This document shows, piece after piece, positions 57,053-64,000 of a stretch of 64,000 bases of DNA (positions within the stretch are counted from its first letter, which is position 1; every line of letters begins with the position of its first letter). The DNA is taken from the NCBI GenBank assembly GCA_004764695.1, contig SMSO01000033.1:1302001-1366000 (forward strand), in the 5' to 3' direction. Below the pieces are notes generated by a model, which made no database searches, was not told the DNA's origin, and was given only the letters and a program-made list of their open reading frames with translations. A program made the translations under genes and the position numbers. The DNA comes from Schizochytrium sp. TIO01. Its lineage: Eukaryota > Protista > Bigyra: Labyrinthulomycetes.

Positions 57053-57661
57053 TATTGCGTTGGAACTGCAATGCCGGGTTAGCCAGATTGACTTCGCTTG
57101 ACGAGCTCGGGCTTTCAAAGCTACGACGCAGACACGTGAAGGCGGTTTAGAGCGCTCTTTGGCCTTTTTCTATGATACTGTGATGGTAGGCAGATAGGTT
57201 AGGTAGGTATAGGTATACTTAGGTTTTAAATGTGTTTTTCGTGGCGGCCGCCATCATCAAACATCGGATCAGACTGCACCTTCTTGCAGGTGCATGCATA
57301 CACGTCGGCGTCTTTGGTAGAAAACTTGAGAGATTTATAGAAGTCGATCGACTTTGCGGGTCAGAATGTGTCCCTCGTGAGAACTACCTGGTGAAGTATT
57401 GTAACTACGTACTCAAAGAATCGCGAGCGCACACAGTTTGCAAAAGTTGCACGACCTAATAAACGAAGTAGGTACAGACAAGGAACAACGCTTCGGGTTA
57501 ATGAAATCATTTTTGATGGAATAGAAACAATTGAGGAAGATCAATTTCGAAGATACGTACGGATTTTAAGGCCGGTCACATAGACGAAGTAGTATGCACG
57601 TATGCACTCGATACTGTGATAGCATCCTTCTAGTAGAACGTTAATTATTGAGACTAGGTAA

Positions 57662-57711
57662 TAACTTTTTTCTTCTTTTTTCATTGTAACTTTTTTCTTC
57701 TTTTTTCATTG
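57662..57711. repeat. Exact 25-nt tandem duplication
   Basis: TAACTTTTTTCTTCTTTTTTCATTG x2. Confidence 0.9.
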
Positions 57712-58007
57712 TTTACAATTAGAAAGAGTAGAAGGAGGAGGAGTAGAAGTGTTTTGACTTTGAGAGGGTTCAAAGGCAAAACTACAACTCGAGTTGACAA
57801 GACACCTGAACAGACTGCCCTGGGCATCCTTGGAGCAGCACTCGCAAGCTATCATTTGATCCACTGGCTTGGAGGTACTTAAGATAAGCTTCAGGCGAAG
57901 CAGGTACTAGTATCAGCGCCCCGCCCTCGGAGGAGAGTCGAGCTGTAGGGCTCACCCCTCATCAGACTTTCGGAGTGAGGTATTTACTTACTACTTTCCC
58001 CTGTACA

Positions 58008-58559
58008 ATGTCGGACCTTGAGGAATTGACAGATGAACAAAAACGAATGATTGCGGTTGGTACAGGCCTACTGGCAGTAGTTGTGGCGGCTAAAGCATTT
58101 CCAGCGCAGTTTATTGCACTCTGTGCAAGTGCAGCTGTATATTTGACGCTGCAAAAGCCAGAACCCGAAACCTTTCGACCCTTCTTTGAACAATGGTTTA
58201 AGAGTGTTTTTTATCCCATGTTTTCAGCTCAACTCGATAAGGAACTCCGGGAAAGAGCACGCCGGCATGCGCACCAAGGTCATATTCTCCAGAGTTTGGG
58301 AAACTCTGCAATGAGTATGCTAGCAAGGTCAACCACAAATTTCCAATCTTCTGTCCTGCTAGAAGCCATTCTTCAGCAAAACCCGATGGTTATTCAAGAC
58401 CGAGGTCCGTATTTGAGTGTCACCGTTAATCTAGGATCTTCAGAACACCCAAATAGGGTAACCTTCTGGGGAGTTCATGGTCAGTGGATGCTTGCTCCAT
58501 ACATTGTGATTGATACAAGCGCTCGAATTTTAGGAGAGAATGCAGCTCATTCGATGTGA
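58008..58559 (+). CDS. Small membrane-anchored protein of unknown function (183 aa)
   Basis: ATG at 58008. An N-terminal hydrophobic hairpin (IAVGTGLLAVVVAA...FIALCASAAVYL) is followed by KPEPETF and a C-terminal FWGVHGQW. This loosely resembles DUF4359-like T/KP...FxGxxGxW proteins (unverified). Confidence 0.75.
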   Translation: MSDLEELTDEQKRMIAVGTGLLAVVVAAKAFPAQFIALCASAAVYLTLQKPEPETFRPFFEQWFKSVFYPMFSAQLDKELRERARRHAHQGHILQSLGNSAMSMLARSTTNFQSSVLLEAILQQNPMVIQDRGPYLSVTVNLGSSEHPNRVTFWGVHGQWMLAPYIVIDTSARILGENAAHSM

Positions 58560-59211
58560 TCTTAAACAAACGGAAACGCAACATATTTGTATATCATGTT
58601 TAGAGAATGCAGACACTTCTTTTGCAAGATCAAGAATTCCAGAAGATGACCAAAATCACAGAAAGCTTCTCTTCAACTCTTGAAGACAATCATAATAGGA
58701 AAATGTAAGACAATATAAAGAGACTAACTACTATCAGTATTGCTGACAACCCCATACAATACAAACCTAATGGTTTTGCGTCTGCGTGGAAATGTTCAAA
58801 ATTCACAATTATTTGAACCACGCTTGCCAAGCTAAACATCTTAAGTTGGTATACACATTTACCTTTGCAAAGATGGGCTGCGGTTGTCGAGCATTAAACA
58901 AAACGGAGACGAGAGAAAATTGAGTGATAGAACACGTTTGCGGACACGGTGGCCAGGTAGACTCAAAACAACACGCGTCTTTTGAAATAACCATATTTCC
59001 TATAATAAAAAATCTTGGGTTGGTACTCAAAAGTATTTTATGCGTGTGTAGAATGCTGTCTTGGGATACCTTGATGTGGCATCGTACATGAGTGTCGCAA
59101 TTTTTAATCTGAAATGTGGGGAGGAGGACGGTGTACATGTTGCTGCCAAAGTCGTAGTGATCCTAGCAAGCGCAAACAACACGGGAATGGTACATGGGGT
59201 ATGTTCATTGT

Positions 59212-60384
59212 TCACGCAGTCTTGGACTCTAGCTTGGAGGACTGAGTGTCAAGCTTGGCATGCATCTCTGCAGCTTGCATCAGTGATGAGAGTGGGTCAA
59301 GCGGTCGGTATTGCTCACCGCAGTGGTTCAGCAAAGTACGTGGACGCTTCATAGGGCGCGTATTGACTACGTTCTTGAACTGTGGCTGAGACTGAAGGCC
59401 AAGCTTGTTCGTAGTGGCACCAAGTTGCTCCTTACGGTCTCCCTTGTATTCAATGGTGTGTTGAATACCCTTTCGGCTATGCATACTTGTCGGTGAGACA
59501 GTCGGTGAGACCTGAGGCTTGGCAAAGCGATGACGCTTGTTCAGGGAAGACTGGTTGGCAGCAGAAATATTGACACTGTTGGCCATCCCTTTGTTTTTTT
59601 GGTTGTTGTTGATGTTCGTGTTGTAGCGTCCACGAACAGCGTTTGAAATATGCGGCTTGAGGTTGTTTTTCTTCAGCTGAGGATATTGAGTAATACCACT
59701 GTTATCTTCTTCGTCATTGAGTTGTTTGGCTTGGGAGGCCCTAATAGACTCTGCAAACTCGTCAACGGCGTGTCTACGTGAGGCGATGGAGACAGTGCCA
59801 GACTTGAGTGCTTCGTACTCCTCAGCCAAAATCTCAAGCGCCTTCTTGAGCGTAGTGTGGTATGCAAAGGGTTGTTCATTAACCATTTTGAGCATATACT
59901 TGTCCCGCGTTTGAAAGCCAGTGACCTTGTCATGCTTCTTAAGAATCTTGGTGAACCCGCAATAGTTTAGCACAGCAAAATTCCGCAAGAGCACAAGGTG
60001 CCGGTGAACAACTGTGAGACGTTGAACAATGGAGTTGAGGTGTTGGTCAACGAGAGATTTGCGTTCAATACGAGCTGCTTCAATGACGTGTAGCATTTGA
60101 AGGAACTGGGTGAGCGCTCTACGCTCGAGCTCCGCGAAGATGTTGGATACTTTGGTGAGCTCTTTGCGGAGAAAGAGGAAGAAGTTTTTCTCATCCTGGT
60201 TCTTCATGATCTCCGAGACAGCCACGTTGGTCTTGGGCTCTGACGATTTTCCGTCCGAGACATCTCGTGAGGCCTCGAACGTTTTCAAGAGCTTCTTAAG
60301 CTGCTTGTAGTCTAGCCAACATTCTGCTTTGCAGAGCGATGTGGATGTTGAAGCAGCATGTGCAATCTTTTTGCCAAACTTCAT
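59212..60384 (-). CDS. Stand-alone SPX-domain protein (phosphate / inositol-pyrophosphate sensor) with low-complexity tail
   Basis: MKFGKKI, WLDYKQLKKLLK, FFLFLRKELTKVSNIF and LRNFAVLNYCGFTKILKKHDKVTG represent all three SPX sub-motifs, with the Tyr/Lys ligand clusters intact. Confidence 0.95.
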   Translation of the reverse strand: MKFGKKIAHAASTSTSLCKAECWLDYKQLKKLLKTFEASRDVSDGKSSEPKTNVAVSEIMKNQDEKNFFLFLRKELTKVSNIFAELERRALTQFLQMLHVIEAARIERKSLVDQHLNSIVQRLTVVHRHLVLLRNFAVLNYCGFTKILKKHDKVTGFQTRDKYMLKMVNEQPFAYHTTLKKALEILAEEYEALKSGTVSIASRRHAVDEFAESIRASQAKQLNDEEDNSGITQYPQLKKNNLKPHISNAVRGRYNTNINNNQKNKGMANSVNISAANQSSLNKRHRFAKPQVSPTVSPTSMHSRKGIQHTIEYKGDRKEQLGATTNKLGLQSQPQFKNVVNTRPMKRPRTLLNHCGEQYRPLDPLSSLMQAAEMHAKLDTQSSKLESKTA

Positions 60385-62847
60385 CTTGTGCCTTCTCTAT
60401 AGTCTGTAGATGAGAACTTCGATTCTTCGGCGGGCCTCACGAAACCGAGTCTGCCTGCTTTCCTGATGGACCTAATCTGGTTGGACACGAGAAAGAACGT
60501 TGTGGATCGAAGACAGCACCTTTAACTCTCCTTTGCTACTCTACCAAATGTGACTCGCAAGTCTGTTTGGGTCCTGCGCCGCGAGAAAGGTATGGTGTAC
60601 AGGTAACCTCGTCTTTTCTCTGTCTTTCTTTCCTCCTCCGTGGGCACAGCACAAGCTATTTTAGGAAAGGGAGGGTCTACTCAGCCAGAAACTGCTGAAT
60701 TCGTTGGGAACCACAGAAGCAGAAGATCGCACAGAGAAAGTTACTTTGAGATGATCTATGCACCTCCAGCAATCTAAGACCAGGGCGCAACCAGGCCTCT
60801 CCGCCGCCTGATTAGAGTTTTAATCGACCCGCAACTCGTGAAGATCCGCAGATGCTCCTTCGGCCAACCGCGCAGTTGGTCCAAGAGTAAAATATAAATG
60901 AATAGAACGACGGATGTTGGAATCAACAGGGAATAAACTGAGATTGCTTGCTTCCCAACAATAAAACAAATGACCGGCTTACCACGGACAAAGATATGCC
61001 CACTTTCGCCAAGGCCACGAAGCTTTGTGCGTAGTCGTCCTTGAATATTTATATGGTGCGTTGAATTCCACCAAGAACAAGCGGGGCAGACAGGGGAGCA
61101 ATCAAGTGATCGCGGCAAGTTGTCTTCTAGCTGCACCTACTTTCCTGCTGTGCTTGCTGTGTCTCGACTTTCCCTTTTACTTACTTCCCGTTGACTCTCT
61201 CAAAACTTTGTGCCGAGTAATGAGGACCTCAAGAAATATAGAAACAAAGAACCGCCGCCAGCGTTTCAAAGCTACTCTGCGCAAACGCCCTCCTTCTCTC
61301 CACCACGCGTCCACAGCACCTCGGTCCTCAGGAGCGACCAGGTAGAGCCTCCGAATATGAGCACGACGACCCGAGCGAAACACAGGCCACGACCTAACGC
61401 AACGCAGCGAAGCGTACAAAGCAGGCAGCCAAATGAGGGTTTGCTGGTCCTTCCTTTCTCCCTCTTCTCTCCCTTCCTTTTCCCTCTTGTTTTCATAAAA
61501 ACGTTTTACTCTCTTTCTACAAAAAAGAGAAAAGGTCTTCTTCTCTCTTTCTCTTTCTCTTTCTCTTTCGATTGAAATCCTTTTAATTCCCCAGAAAGTG
61601 GTAACCAAAGTAATCACACCGCCCGGGAGTAGCAAGCCTCTTGGTCGAGGACTGGAGAGAGGCGGCGGCTGAAAGCTAATGAGGGCCTTCTCCTTTTCGC
61701 GAGACGGCCTCTCTTGAGGATCGTAGGCTTAGTACTTACAGGTTGCTCTGCGGTCTCGAAGTCCAGAACGTTTGCTGTTCATTTGCTTCAATTCGCTCAC
61801 TCGAGCTTTTCTTTTACTTTCTTTAAATCGTTGAAAGTTTACTTGCTTTCTTACTTACTTCCCTTTTTTCCCACTTTTTTTTTTTTTTTAAATAATATTA
61901 GTATTTAATTTTAAATAATAAAAAAAAAACTTCTGAAATTTAGAAAAACAATTATATATAATAATATATGTAGCATATTCATAAAAGAAGCTTGTTTATT
62001 CTCTCGCTCACTCCGGGAGTCTCTCAAAGCGCTCACTGTCTGCAAATATAATATAGCAGGCTTAGTTTTTAATCTAATCACTGTTGTGGGGAGAAGGCAA
62101 AGTGAAGTATCCTTTAGTTGCTTTCTTTCCTGAGTCGCTCGTTTTCGCCCTTTTCTTCCATGATGGTCTGTTTATTTGCACGCCTGGCTTTCTCCACTGA
62201 GATAGACAATCTGGAAGCAAGCCTCCTAGTATTTCTACTGTATTGAATCTGTAGCCCAGACCTTATCCGTACTAAGATAAACAACATACACTATAAATCC
62301 GGCGTCTATATATCGAATCTTGTAGCTTTCTACTGTGGGATGCTTTCGACCACTATACCACTGAGCATCTGAGTCGCAGAGGCACATCGAGGAGCTGTGG
62401 AGAAAAAGTAATGGGAGATTCGAAAAGACGCCGACCCTGCCCTTGCGTTGGACTGAGATTCTCTTCAGTGGGCCGCAGAGGAAAGGCAGCACCTTCAGGA
62501 GGTTATTCCACTGGCTTTTACGCAGACCCTGCGTGCTAAAAATCTGACCTGCCCTGCATCTTAGGCCCTCATACCTCAATTCAGATCGGTCTTTCCATAA
62601 TCCCCGCAGCAGAACTCTCCTTCTTCCCCAACCTGATGAAGACTATGGCTTCCTTATCTGATCTGTCCCCTCTAAGATGCAGACTCCACTGTCAACGGCG
62701 GGACGAAGCCGAGCTGTCAGAGGCCGCGTGGCGACATGGCCAAGATTCGAAAGCTTGGTACTTTCTGACCATGGACCAGCGGTGTCTTCCACTTTCGCCT
62801 CTCTGTCTCTGTTGCTCTTGGCGCTTCCTTTTAAAATCAGAGCTGCA

Positions 62848-62895
62848 GAAGAAGAAGAAGAAGAAGAAGAAGAAGAAGAAGAAGAAGAAGAAGAA
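62848..62895. repeat. (GAA)16 microsatellite
   Basis: Direct read. Confidence 0.95.
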
Positions 62896-63057
62896 AAGCA
62901 TATGCAGTTGGACAGAGTTCGCAGGGCGACCAACATTCTTCTGTTTCCTCAGAGCCCGGTGCGCCCAAAAGCGAGCGCTCTTGCAAAGGCAGGCCTACCG
63001 CTGTTCGGTTTACTCGCTTGCTTGCTTCTCACGGGCCAAAGCTCTCCCGCCACACCC

Positions 63058-63350
63058 TTTGTTTGTTTGTTTGTTTGTTTGTTTGTTTGTTTGTTTGCTT
63101 ATTTGTTTGTTTATTCAAAGTTTGTTTATTTGTTTATTTGATTGTTTGTTTGTTCAAAGTTTGTTTGTCTGCTTGTTCAAAGTTTGTTTGTCTGTTTGTT
63201 CAAAGTTTGTTTGTTTGTCTGCTTGTTCAAAGTTTGTCTGCTTGTTCAAAGTTTGTTTGTTTGTTCAAAGTTTGTTTATTTGTTCAAAGTTTGTCTGTTT
63301 GTTCAATCTTTGTTTGTTTGTTTGTTTGTTCAGAATTTGTTCAGAGTTTC
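63058..63350. repeat. Compound (TTTG)n tract with recurring TTCAAAGTTTGT unit (nascent minisatellite)
   Basis: About eight TTCAAAGTTTGT cores separated by variable TTGT/CTGT/CTGC tetramers. Confidence 0.9.
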
Positions 63351-63695
63351 TTTGTTTCCTTGTGTATTCAAACTTTCTTTGTTTCTTTGTCTGTCGGGTA
63401 TCGTGCCAACCTTCTTGAGCGCTGACTTATACTTCATCCTCCTTGGCATTCATTGAATTCTGCAAGATCCAGCACCCTCATCTATCATGCCGTTTGTTCC
63501 CCATCCACCATCCTCTTTTCCATCTAGCCAGTTTTCAGAACCTGCACTCTCCCTCTCTCTCTCCGTCACGAGTGCTAAAGATACATTCATTCATTCATAT
63601 ATTCATACATTCATACATTCATTCATACATCCACGGATTCCAGTCTTCCGGAGTCCTTCACGGCGCCAATTCGAGCCCGCTCGGCGAACGAACAA

Positions 63696-63734
63696 GCGTG
63701 CTCTCGATTCCATCTCAGTTTCTACACGCAAGCC
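63696..63734. repeat. 39-nt dispersed element, copy B
   Basis: GCGTGCTCTCGATTCCATCTCAGTTTCTACACGCAAGCC; same orientation as copy A. Confidence 0.85.
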
Positions 63735-64000
63735 ACCACGCAAGCAAGCACCAGCCAGGCCTCCATAGCTCGTAGCCGGCCAGGCGAGCTTGCTCGCGAG
63801 CAGAACTTGAAACCAGCTGGGCTTGGAGCACGGCATTAGCGGCACTGGCGGCGTTAGCGGCGTTAGCGGCGTTAGCGGCAGCGACGCCTTACAGCGCAGC
63901 AGAGACGGGAGAAGCCCCTCAGGCTGCCTGCCTGGCGCTGCGCGGGTCGAGGGATGCGAAGGACGTGCGTGTCTTCTTCAGGAGAGGGCGCTCGAGACAG

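Noticed and set aside
56096-57118. Unspliced 340-aa ORF, and ORF 55819-56262, as separate genes
   Set aside because: Both are explained by one two-exon pICln gene with a canonical intron at 56322-56112.
62636-63456. 260-aa and overlapping ORFs with poly-K/E and FVCL repeats
   Set aside because: Open only because (GAA)n and (TTTG)n tracts lack stops; no protein-like content.
63773-64000. Plus-strand frames open to the window end (ALAALAALAA… from the GGCGTTAGC repeat)
   Set aside because: No ATG after the upstream stops; GC-rich repeat-derived openness; cannot be evaluated at the window edge.

Overview
Eukaryotic nuclear DNA. The microsatellite-rich intergenic DNA, nearly intronless genes and codon style suggest a thraustochytrid/labyrinthulomycete-like protist, but this is an inference and is not verified. 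The window has three compositional domains. (i) About 1-32 kb is a microsatellite-saturated gene desert with one credible CDS (an acidic protein with an RVxF PP1-docking motif, 12933-13601) and a probable decayed GST. (ii) About 32-60.4 kb is repeat-poor and, from 35 kb, gene-dense. It encodes a Gly-rich type II membrane protein, a PARP/ART-fold-like protein, a coiled-coil/RWD-like protein, a divergent PRPP synthetase, GAR1, a coiled-coil protein, an intron-split pICln, a small membrane protein and an SPX protein. (iii) About 60.4-64 kb is microsatellite-rich again. The most striking structure is a cluster of nine tRNA-Gly(GCC) genes (50202-53127). Eight lie in two minus-strand tandem runs with a 176-180 bp period and one is inverted. 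All nine encode U73, the bacterial-type discriminator, instead of the usual eukaryotic A73. Seven share an upstream TATA...CCAA-like...hairpin module with apparent covariation, and the array is interrupted by an AT-rich orphan membrane-protein ORF. Also notable are a 31-nt antisense overlap of two CDSs and a 39-nt element repeated 55 kb apart. All calls were made by eye; no searches were run.
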